Of a stretch of DNA of 64,000 nt, positions 19,148-27,404 are shown in pieces. Below the pieces are notes generated by a model, which ran no database searches, was not told the origin of the DNA, and was given only the letters and a program-made list of their open reading frames with translations. Origin of the DNA: Prevotella sp. (lineage in GTDB: Bacteria; Bacteroidota; Bacteroidia; Bacteroidales; Bacteroidaceae); the NCBI GenBank assembly GCA_017508965.1, contig JAFWQT010000102.1, forward strand, positions 3,780 through 67,779. Direction: 5' to 3'. Positions within the stretch are counted from its first letter, which is position 1. Each line of letters starts with the position of its first letter. A program made the position numbers and the translations under genes.

Positions 19148-19269
19148 CAAAGATACGAAAAAACGAGAGCAGAACAAAATAAATTTATTTATTTTTTATG
19201 CCGAGTTCAAGTATCTTCGCTAATTCAATAGCAAAGATACGAAAAAACGAGAGCAGAACAAAATAAATT
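19148..19269 (-). repeat. Two 38-bp direct repeats (84-bp period), each a complete Bacteroidetes promoter
   Basis: caaagatacgaaaaaacgagagcagaacaaaataaatt at 19148 and 19232. The reverse complement reads TTTG-N19-TATCTTTG. Confidence 0.85.
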
Positions 19270-19521
19270 AATTATTTTTGGCAATGAGACAGTTGCCGCC
19301 CGCTTCGGCAGATAATTGAAATTTGACAGATTTCGTGGTGTTTTGGTTTCAATTTGTAATTAAACCGTCTTTAAATACTTTCAATATGCAAGCAAATCAT
19401 TCTTTTAACAACTACTTTGTTTGATTTTCTTTTGTTTTTCTTTCATTTTGCAATAATTTTGCACCCGAAAGCTTTCAAGTTGACAAGTAAATGATAGTAT
19501 TAATTTAAAAGGTGAAAAGGT

Positions 19522-19869
19522 ATGAAAAGGATTGAAGCTATTATCCGTAAGACCAAGTTCGAGGATGTGAAGGAGGCTCTGCTGCGCTCAGACATCGATT
19601 GGTTTGAGTACCACAACGTGCACGGCATCGGGCAGAGCCGTGAGGAGAGAATTTACCGTGGTGTGCAGTATTCGACTGACGTTATCGAGCGCGTTGCGCT
19701 GACTATCGTCTGCCGCGACCAGTTTGTGGAGCCTACTATAAAAGTTATCCTGAAAGTGGCCCATACGGGCGAAATTGGCGACGGGCGCATCTTCGTGAGC
19801 GAAATGATAGATACGTGGTCGATCCGCACTGGTGAAAATGGTGATACGGTGCTCAGGGATAAGAAGTAG
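19522..19869 (+). CDS. glnK: P-II nitrogen regulatory protein
   Basis: MKRIEAIIR, IYRG and TGEIGDGRIFVS motifs. Adjacent to amtB. Confidence 0.9.
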   Translation: MKRIEAIIRKTKFEDVKEALLRSDIDWFEYHNVHGIGQSREERIYRGVQYSTDVIERVALTIVCRDQFVEPTIKVILKVAHTGEIGDGRIFVSEMIDTWSIRTGENGDTVLRDKK

Positions 19870-19879
19870 GAACTCCATT

Positions 19880-19985
19880 CCCAGCCCCTCCCGAGTGAGG
19901 GGAGTAAGTAGTAATAACACAAACACAAAAGACCCAGCGCCCCTATGATGGTCTTCCCCTTGTATGGGGGATAAGAGAGGGGCTT
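19880..19985. repeat. REP-like palindromes between glnK and amtB
   Basis: cccctcccgagtgaggggag and ttccccttgtatggggga-taagagagggg. Confidence 0.55.
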
Positions 19986-19991
19986 TCAGAT

Positions 19992-21239
19992 ATGGACAAT
20001 TTATCACTTGATACAGTATGGATGCTGTTGGCAGCCATGTTGGTTTTCTGGATGCAGCCCGGTTTTGCGCTGTGTGAGGCGGGCTTTACCCGCAGCAAGA
20101 ACACGGCAAACATCCTGATGAAGAACTTTGTCGACTTTATGTTCGGTTCGCTGTTGTTCTTCTTCCTCGGCTTTGGATTCATGTTCGGCAGCGAGGGTGC
20201 AGGCTTCATCGGCATGCCCAACTGGGGCGACCTCAGTTTCTATAAGGGCGAACTGCCCGTAGAAGGCTTCCTGATTTTCGAGACTGTGTTCTGCGCCACC
20301 AGCGCAACGATTGTCAGCGGCGCTATGGCCGAGCGTACCAAGTTCTCGATGTATATGATTTATAGTGCAGCTATTTCGCTGTTCATCTATCCCATCGAAG
20401 GTCACTGGACGTGGGGCGGCGGCTGGCTCTGCAACGATGCTGCCGACGGGTTTATGATGACGACGTTCGGCGATGTGTTCCACGACTTTGCCGGTTCTGC
20501 CATCGTGCATAGTGTGGGTGGAGTGTTGGCGCTCATTGGTGCTATGGCTCTCGGACCCCGTATCGGTAAATATTCTGCCGACGGTAAGAGCCGCGCTATT
20601 CCAGGTCACAACCTTACGCTGGCCTCGCTGGGCGTATTCATCCTCTGGCTCGGATGGTTTGGTTTCAACCCAGGCTCACAGTTGGCAGCTTCGGGCGAGG
20701 TGAACCGCATCGCCATCAGTCATGTGTTCCTGACCACCAACCTCGCTGCTGCGGCAGGCGGAACGGCAACGATGTTCCTCACTTGGCTGAAATATGGTAA
20801 GCCGTCGCTCTCACTGACGTTGAACGGTGTGCTGGCCGGACTGGTGGGAATCACGGCAGGCTGCGACTTGGTGTCGCCTCTCGGAGCCATCGTCATCGGA
20901 CTCGTCTGTGGATTGGTGCTGGTCTATTCCATCGAGTTTATCGATCACAAGCTACACATCGACGACCCTGTGGGTGCTTCGTCGGTACATGGTGTCTGCG
21001 GTATCCTCGGTACGCTGATGACAGGTCTGCTCTCCACTTCTAACGGAGTTTTCTATGGTCATGGATGGGGATTCTTTGGCGCCGAGTGCTTCGGCATTCT
21101 CTGCATCGACCTTTGGGCAGCCGCCTGCGGTTTCGTCTTGTTCTATGGCATCAAAAAGTTGCACGGCCTGCGTGTCGGAGCCCGTATCGAGGAAGAAGGA
21201 CTCGACGTCTATGAACATGGTGAGAGTTGCTATAACTAA
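19992..21239 (+). CDS. amtB: Ammonium transporter
   Basis: MQPGFALCEAG, SGAMAER, DFAGSAIVH, WFGFNPGS and DDPVGASSVHG motifs. Confidence 0.95.
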   Translation: MDNLSLDTVWMLLAAMLVFWMQPGFALCEAGFTRSKNTANILMKNFVDFMFGSLLFFFLGFGFMFGSEGAGFIGMPNWGDLSFYKGELPVEGFLIFETVFCATSATIVSGAMAERTKFSMYMIYSAAISLFIYPIEGHWTWGGGWLCNDAADGFMMTTFGDVFHDFAGSAIVHSVGGVLALIGAMALGPRIGKYSADGKSRAIPGHNLTLASLGVFILWLGWFGFNPGSQLAASGEVNRIAISHVFLTTNLAAAAGGTATMFLTWLKYGKPSLSLTLNGVLAGLVGITAGCDLVSPLGAIVIGLVCGLVLVYSIEFIDHKLHIDDPVGASSVHGVCGILGTLMTGLLSTSNGVFYGHGWGFFGAECFGILCIDLWAAACGFVLFYGIKKLHGLRVGARIEEEGLDVYEHGESCYN

Positions 21240-21242
21240 AAA

Positions 21243-21335
21243 ACACCCACCCCTGCCCCTCCCGAAGGGAGGGAGATAATAGCGGAAAGGTGAAATCGTA
21301 AAATTGTCAAATCGTCAAATATAAGAGATTGTAAA
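21243..21335 (+). repeat. REP hairpin plus 8-mer tail composite repeat (copy 1)
   Basis: acccacccctgcccctcccgaagggagggagataatagcggaaaggt followed by aaattgtN/aaatcgtN units. A near-identical copy lies at 37231. Confidence 0.8.
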
Positions 21336-22043
21336 ATGATGAAAAAGATTGTTGTAATTGCAATGGGACTGGTGCTGAGCAGCACCGCCCTTGCACAGGA
21401 GAAGGTTGAGACAACCGTTAGTGGAGATTTCGTAAGCAGTTATATATGGCGTGGACAGGATCTGGGCAGCGCTGCCGTGCAGCCAACACTGGGTGTGGCC
21501 TATAAAGGCCTAAGCCTGACGGCCTGGGGCAGTTACGGACTGACGAACCCCGACGATGTGAAGGAGTTCGACCTGACATTAGGCTATTCCGTCGGAGGCT
21601 TTAACATCGGCTTGACCGACTATTGGTTCAGCGTGGGCCTCGACCCGGACGGCCGCTATTTCAAGTACGATGCCCATAGCACGAACCATGTCTTTGAAGC
21701 CATGGTGGGTTACGACTTCGGTCCTGTGGCACTTGCATGGTACACCAACATCGCCGGCAACGATGGCGAAAACAAAGACGGCAAGCGTGCCTATAGCAGC
21801 TATGTCGAGGCGAATGTCCCATTCAGCCTTGCCGGTGTTGACTGGAAGGCCACGGCAGGTGTCGTTCCCTACGCCACCACCTTATACGGCACCACGGGCT
21901 TCGCCGTCACTAATTTGTCGCTGCGAGCCACAAAGGAAATCAAAGTGACGGATACGTTCTCCGTTCCCGTCTTCGGACAGGTAACAGGAAATCCCTGCTC
22001 ACAGAAAGCCTATCTGGTTTTTGGATTAACGCTGCAACCATAA
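21336..22043 (+). CDS. TorF-like putative outer-membrane beta-barrel protein
   Basis: Signal peptide; DFVSSYIWRG and EFDLTLGY motifs; located between the two amt genes. Confidence 0.75.
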   Translation: MMKKIVVIAMGLVLSSTALAQEKVETTVSGDFVSSYIWRGQDLGSAAVQPTLGVAYKGLSLTAWGSYGLTNPDDVKEFDLTLGYSVGGFNIGLTDYWFSVGLDPDGRYFKYDAHSTNHVFEAMVGYDFGPVALAWYTNIAGNDGENKDGKRAYSSYVEANVPFSLAGVDWKATAGVVPYATTLYGTTGFAVTNLSLRATKEIKVTDTFSVPVFGQVTGNPCSQKAYLVFGLTLQP

Positions 22044-22132
22044 TAATGATTAGGTGCTCCCCTTTCTTTGTTTAAACGGAGAGGGGGGAGATTACCTTTT
22101 CTGATGTGTGATTGAGTAAAACATAAAGTAAT

Positions 22133-22807
22133 ATGAAGATTAAGAGACGTTGGAAGATTCTGATGACGGCGATGACACTGATTGCCGTTGCAGGTGTTTT
22201 TGTGGGAGAACCCACTTTTGAGTGTGACTGGTCTGTGATTTCCGCTGCCGATGTGGCTTGGTTGATCACGGCCACCATCTTTGTGTTGATGATGACGCCC
22301 GGACTTTCGTTCTTCTATGGCGGCATGGTGGGGGCAAAGAATGTGATATCCACGATGCTCCAGTCGTTTATTGCCATGGGACTTATCTCCGTGCTGTGGG
22401 TGGTCGTTGGTTTTTCGCTCTGTTTCGGCGACGACATCGGCGGTGTCATCGGCAATCCGCTGTCGTTCCTGATGTTCAAGAATGTCGGGGCTGAAGTCTA
22501 TACCACCCCCGCGGGCAATGTGCTGGGCGGCGCAACCATTCCGCTGGCTCTTTTTGCCTTGTTCCAGATGAAGTTTGCCATCATCACGCCGTCGCTCATC
22601 ACGGGCTCGTTTGCCGAGCGTGTGCGCTTCTCGGCGTATATGTTCTTCATGATGTTCTTCTTTTTCTTTATATATTGTCCGCTGGCCCACATGACATGGC
22701 ATCCCGAAGGACTATTCTGCCGCTGGGGCGTCATCGATTTCGCCGGAGGTATCGTGGTGCATGCCTCGTCGGGTGTGGCTCATATACGCGAGAAGAAGAA
22801 TAGGTGA
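22133..22807 (+). pseudogene. Second ammonium transporter, 3'-truncated
   Basis: MTPGLSFFYGGMV, FQMKFAII and DFAGGIVVHASSGVA, then an unrelated HIREKKNR-stop. About half the normal Amt length. Confidence 0.85.
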
Positions 22808-22813
22808 TTCTGA

Positions 22814-22972
22814 TAAAAAAAGGCCCCGAAGCTCACGCTCCGGGGTTCTTTCAATCTAAAAAGATATAATAACCAAACCTATATAATAACTAACTATTAC
22901 TTAATAACTTTATTCACTCTAAATCCTAACTGTTTTTGTTTGTCTTTTTGTCGGTAACTTTTGTTTTCTGAT
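22814..22972 (-). ncRNA. Candidate ~150-nt stand-alone small RNA
   Basis: TAGCTTTG -7 box (~22975-22982) and terminator aagaaccccggagcgtgagcttcggggccttttttt (22814-22851). No ORF lies between them. Confidence 0.6.
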
Positions 22973-23146
22973 GCAAAGCTACATCATTCTGCGTTGCCGG
23001 CAATGATTTTCTGCTTTTTTCTTAAAAGTTAGTATAGTCAAGCAGGCTTTCTTTGGACAAAACGGGGAAATTGCTTCGAAAACTGTCCAAAGGAGTTGTT
23101 TTCGGAGAGAAAAAAAGTAAAAAGGTAAAAAAGTAAAAAAGTCAGG

Positions 23147-23584
23147 CTATACCTTTTCGAAGGTTCTGATGAGATGGATGACGGTGCCCCACACTTCGAA
23201 GTTGTCGCCGGCTTTCACCTGAAAGACGGGATAGTCGGGGTTGGCGGGTTTCAGTTCGATATAGCCCTGGCTGCGATGCGTCAGGTCGAGATACTTCATG
23301 GTGAACTCTCCGTTCCAGAAGGCCACCACGATGGAACCGTCGCGCGGCTCCACGGCACGGTCGATAATCACGCGGTCGCCGTCGAAGATGCCGGCATCCT
23401 TCATCGAGTCGCCCTCCACGTCGCCATAGAACGAGGCCTCGGGGTGGCGGATATAGTCGCGGTTGAAGTCCAGCGTCTCGTGCATATAGTCGTCGGCAGG
23501 CGAGGGGAATCCCGCCTTCACTCCAGCATGTTCCAGTTCCAGGCGGGTTTCGAATACACCGCGTTTTATCTTGATGTTGCTCAT
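23147..23584 (-). CDS. umuD: UmuD-like S24 autopeptidase (Pol V accessory subunit)
   Basis: AGFPSPA cleavage motif, VEGDSM (Ser) and FTMK (Lys). Confidence 0.92.
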   Translation of the reverse strand: MSNIKIKRGVFETRLELEHAGVKAGFPSPADDYMHETLDFNRDYIRHPEASFYGDVEGDSMKDAGIFDGDRVIIDRAVEPRDGSIVVAFWNGEFTMKYLDLTHRSQGYIELKPANPDYPVFQVKAGDNFEVWGTVIHLIRTFEKV

Positions 23585-24939
23585 GTCTTATTGTTCTTCT
23601 CTTTATTTAATGTAATAATATCGCTCCAGCGGGTGGTGGGATTCTTGCTCCGGAACTCGTGCTTGATGGCGTTGGCAAATACCTCAGCTTTCTTCGTCGT
23701 GCCGCTTTGCGCATATTGCTGCGCCCCGATGACCACCGTCTCGCTGCCGTTGATGCGGTTGATGCGGTCGACAGCTTCGTCCAGTCGGCGCAACTTCATG
23801 ATTTTCTCGGCGCTGATGTCGAAAAGGTCTTGCTGGACGGGCGAGTCGGGCATGATGCCCATCACAATCACACCAGCCTTCTTATACTTGTAACCTTCAC
23901 GGAAAATGGTTTTCAGCACGTCGTTGGCGGCCTGCACGATGGTTGCCGTTGAATTCGTGGGCGTCACCAGGCGCGTCTCCTGAAAGTTCCAGTATTGTGC
24001 CAGGTCTTCGCGGAACACATTGGTATTGACAAACACCCCGACAATGGAGGCCACCGTTTTCTGCATCCTTAGTTTTTCGGCACACCGGGCGGCGTAGTTG
24101 GCCACATGGGTGCGCAGCGTCTCCAGGTCGCTCACCATACCGTTGAACGAACGGCTGGTGCAAATCGATTTTTTCTTGGCCAGCTGCTCGTTGGGTACGG
24201 CATCGCCGCCGTTCAGTTCGCGCCAAGTCCTCACCACGTTGATGTTGCGGAATGTCTGCTGCACCCATTCCTCGGGATGGCGGGCCAGATCGAGCGCGGT
24301 CTTCATGCCCAGCGCTTGCAGACGGGCCGAATACCTGCGACCAAGTCCCCACACATCTTCTATGGGGCACCAGTTCAGCGCCCGCTCGCGCTTGTAGTCG
24401 TTATCAATCATGCAGCAATGCCTGTAGGCCTCGAACTTCTTGGCCAGTTTCGAGGCAATCTTTGCCAGCGTCTTGTTCGCAGCCAGTCCCACGCTGACGG
24501 GCAGTCCCACCTCGCGCTTTATCCGCTGCTGCAGGTGTTCGCCCCACTGCTGGAGCCGGTCGGGCTGGGTGCCGTCGAGATAGACGAAGCACTCGTCGAT
24601 GGAATAGCGGAAATAGGCGGGAGCCTCCTGGCGGATAATGCTGACCACGCGCCCCGTCAGCTCGCCATATAGCTCATAGTTCGACGAGAACACGGCAATA
24701 GTCCGTTCCGCTAAAGCGGCAGAAGGTGGCTGAAACCCGATATTGTAGCCTGGGAATTGCTCGGCCAACTGGAAATAAGGTATGCCCTCTTTGATGCCCA
24801 GCTGCTTTGCCTCTTTGCTGCGCGCCACCACGCACCCGTCGTTGTTGCTCAGCACAACAATGGGTGTTCCTTCCAGGTCGGGCCTGAACACCTTCTCGCA
24901 AGAGCAATAGCAATTATCTATGTCAATAATTCCGTACAT
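23581..24939 (-). CDS. umuC: UmuC-like Y-family DNA polymerase
   Basis: IDIDNCYCSCE, VLSNNDGCVVARS, YSIDECF and SRSF motifs; C-terminal TTRWSDI. Confidence 0.93.
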   Translation of the reverse strand: MYGIIDIDNCYCSCEKVFRPDLEGTPIVVLSNNDGCVVARSKEAKQLGIKEGIPYFQLAEQFPGYNIGFQPPSAALAERTIAVFSSNYELYGELTGRVVSIIRQEAPAYFRYSIDECFVYLDGTQPDRLQQWGEHLQQRIKREVGLPVSVGLAANKTLAKIASKLAKKFEAYRHCCMIDNDYKRERALNWCPIEDVWGLGRRYSARLQALGMKTALDLARHPEEWVQQTFRNINVVRTWRELNGGDAVPNEQLAKKKSICTSRSFNGMVSDLETLRTHVANYAARCAEKLRMQKTVASIVGVFVNTNVFREDLAQYWNFQETRLVTPTNSTATIVQAANDVLKTIFREGYKYKKAGVIVMGIMPDSPVQQDLFDISAEKIMKLRRLDEAVDRINRINGSETVVIGAQQYAQSGTTKKAEVFANAIKHEFRSKNPTTRWSDIITLNKEKNNKT

Positions 24940-24957
24940 GGTTTCTTTCGGTTTCAA

Positions 24958-25017
24958 TAGATTCTATAGTCTCTATAGTCTCTATAGTTTCTATAGTTAC
25001 TATAGCGTCTAGAGCAA
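24958..25017. repeat. 9-bp tandem repeat (ctatagtct-like, about 6 degenerate copies)
   Basis: ttctatagtctctatagtctctatagtttctatagttactatagcgtctagag, filling the gap between the four-helix-bundle gene and umuC. Confidence 0.8.
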
Positions 25018-25794
25018 CTATTCCTCGTTCTGTTCTTCCAGGCGGCGCTTCAAGGCTTTGATTTCTTCCTGCTGGGCGTTATATGCATTTAGGGCACGCT
25101 GTTTCAGGTCTTCGTAGGCAGCTTGCCAGCGCTTAGCCTCGGCGGTGGCTGCGCTTAGTTGTTGCTGCAACTGTGGAACGGTACGCTCCAGCTGGGCCAA
25201 GCGCTCGTCCTGCTGCTTGCGGTAGGCGGTGCGGGCCTTGTGCATACGCTCCTTTACGCCTCCTTCCTTAATGAAGATTTCCTCTACCTTTTTCAGGTAT
25301 CTGTTCATCATCGCATCCACTTGATAACAGAGAGTCAGGCCAACATTGGCCATCTCTTCGGCCGACCATTGTTGAAAGTAAGGCTCGTAGTCGGAAAGAT
25401 GGTTATGCTTCTTGGTGTAGTCCTGCATGGGCTGGAAGCGCTTGTCGATGGGCGTCCACAGAGGAAGATGGCGCGACTTAATGAAATCTTCGAAATCCTG
25501 ACGCAGTTCACCGATGCTGGAGCGAGCCACGTTCAGTAAGTTGACTTCCATAGCCGTGGATGTCTTGCCGTCTTCTGACCCTTCCACAATGTTCTGCTTG
25601 CCTGAACGTGCAGCCTGCACCATCTGATCCACCGTTCGGTCTCCGCGACTGGGCAGGAAACGTTCGCAGAAGACATAAGTGAGGTGATAAAGCACCTCTG
25701 CCTTCTGATAAAATCTCAGGTCCTGCCACTTGGGCACGCTCCTGAAGATACTTGGCATAACCTCTTTTTTGTCTTTTTGCCCGGTTTCTTCCAT
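25018..25794 (-). CDS. Four-helix-bundle protein with suffix domain and coiled-coil tail
   Basis: LRFYQKA, DRTVDQMVQAARSGKQNIVEG, NVARSSIGELRQDFEDF and F..EGGVKERM motifs. Confidence 0.85.
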   Translation of the reverse strand: MEETGQKDKKEVMPSIFRSVPKWQDLRFYQKAEVLYHLTYVFCERFLPSRGDRTVDQMVQAARSGKQNIVEGSEDGKTSTAMEVNLLNVARSSIGELRQDFEDFIKSRHLPLWTPIDKRFQPMQDYTKKHNHLSDYEPYFQQWSAEEMANVGLTLCYQVDAMMNRYLKKVEEIFIKEGGVKERMHKARTAYRKQQDERLAQLERTVPQLQQQLSAATAEAKRWQAAYEDLKQRALNAYNAQQEEIKALKRRLEEQNEE

Positions 25795-25875
25795 TCCGAT
25801 GCAAAAATACAAAATTATGAGTGCAGGGCAAAATTTTTATTTTAAAATTTTAAGTGCATTTGCAGCCGCCATTCC

Positions 25876-27393
25876 TCACATCTTAATCTTTCTTCCGTTC
25901 ACTTTGACGTTTCTTAGCCGGATGTTGTTGGTTTTGTGCATATAGAATGGCTGGCGCTCGTCGGGGTGGATGGTTTCCAAGTTGATGTTTTTCAGACAGA
26001 TGTTCTCTGCATGGCTGATGGAGAATCCCCATGCGGGCTGAATGCCGTGGGCCGATGGTTCGGGATAGTTGGCCTCGCCCAGCTGGCCGCCTGTCCGTGC
26101 CTCGGGGATGAAGAAGGGATTGCGCCCCCGCTGCTCTTTGTAGTCGTCGAGCGTCAGACCGCCGCGGAACTGCACGCGCAGGTTCTTGATGCTGACATTG
26201 CTGACGGGATGTCCCTCGATGCCCGCTATCAGACAGGCATAGCGGCTGTCGGCATCGGTAACGCTGACATCCTTGATGCTGATGCCGCTGACCACCGAAT
26301 GGGGCGACCCGGCAGGCGTGCGCATGCGGTCGCCCAACCGGATATAGATGGGCGAGTTGCAGATGTCGGTCATCGTCAGTCGGCTGACTTTGATGTCGGT
26401 CATTTCAGCCCCGTCGACCGTTTCCAATGCCAGTCCGCGGCTGTGGACGAACCGGCACCGGCGGACGGTGATATGGCGGAATCCGCCGTTGCTCTCGGTG
26501 CCCAGCTTGATACGTCCTGTTGGTCCGTCGCCGTCGGGAGCCTTCTCTGTCTTTGTGGTGTATGTGCCGTCTAAGAACGAACCCACGTCGTAGCCGCTGA
26601 CGTCGCAGTCCTCTACCACGACATATTCCGTGGGTTTGGCACGCCCCAGGGCATACGAGCATTTCAGCACGATGGCGTCGTCGTTGGGCGTGTTCACGCG
26701 GCAGTTCCTCACCTTCACCCTTTCGCAGCAGTCGATGTCTATTCCGTCGCGGTTGGTGTCGACCGTCACGTTTTCTATCAGCAAGTCATCAACACCTGTG
26801 AGCAGCATGGCAAAATGGCCGCAGCTGAGGAATTTGAGGTCGCGGATGGCAACCTGGCGGCAGTCGCGCAGCGCCAATGCCTTGTTGGCAATAGTCGTGC
26901 TCGAGATTCCCTTTCTAGGTTCTCCGCGCCACAGCACTCCTGTGCCGTCAATCAGTCCCTCGCCCTCAATAGTGATATCATGCAGGTTTTCGCCCCATAT
27001 CAGCGAGTTGTGCCAATGACTATGGCCGAAATCCTGATAGTGCGAGTCGTTAGGCTCGGCCTCGTCGTATCCCATCGTGTCGCTGACCGAAGCCGCTTTC
27101 ATCACAGCTCCCTTCTCGAACCGCAGGGTGATGTTGCTCTGCAGGTGGACGGAATAGCAGAGATAGGTACCCTGTGGCAATACCACTGTTCCTCCGCCCT
27201 GGCTTGCCGCCCGTTCGATGGCAGCGTTGATGGCAGGCGAGTCGATGTGCCGCCCGTCGCCCACGGCCCCGAAATCTTTCACATTGAATGCCGGGGAAAC
27301 GATGAGTGACAAGTTATAAGCGATGAGAAGCAGCAGAATCCTCTGCCATAATGTTTTACTTTCTCTCATTATATGATAGTTCTCGTGTGTCAT
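25876..27393 (-). CDS. Glycoside hydrolase family 28 (pectin-related)
   Basis: FNVKDFGAVGDG, NRDGIDID, NDDAIVLK and RIKLGTES motifs. Confidence 0.9.
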   Translation of the reverse strand: MTHENYHIMRESKTLWQRILLLLIAYNLSLIVSPAFNVKDFGAVGDGRHIDSPAINAAIERAASQGGGTVVLPQGTYLCYSVHLQSNITLRFEKGAVMKAASVSDTMGYDEAEPNDSHYQDFGHSHWHNSLIWGENLHDITIEGEGLIDGTGVLWRGEPRKGISSTTIANKALALRDCRQVAIRDLKFLSCGHFAMLLTGVDDLLIENVTVDTNRDGIDIDCCERVKVRNCRVNTPNDDAIVLKCSYALGRAKPTEYVVVEDCDVSGYDVGSFLDGTYTTKTEKAPDGDGPTGRIKLGTESNGGFRHITVRRCRFVHSRGLALETVDGAEMTDIKVSRLTMTDICNSPIYIRLGDRMRTPAGSPHSVVSGISIKDVSVTDADSRYACLIAGIEGHPVSNVSIKNLRVQFRGGLTLDDYKEQRGRNPFFIPEARTGGQLGEANYPEPSAHGIQPAWGFSISHAENICLKNINLETIHPDERQPFYMHKTNNIRLRNVKVNGRKIKM

Positions 27394-27404
27394 TTATCTG
27401 TTTG

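Noticed and set aside
25018-25794. Diversity-generating retroelement (Avd-like gene)
   Set aside because: There is no reverse transcriptase. The only long repeat pair (kdgK 5' end) is a promoter and N-terminus with synonymous coding changes, not a TR/VR pair.
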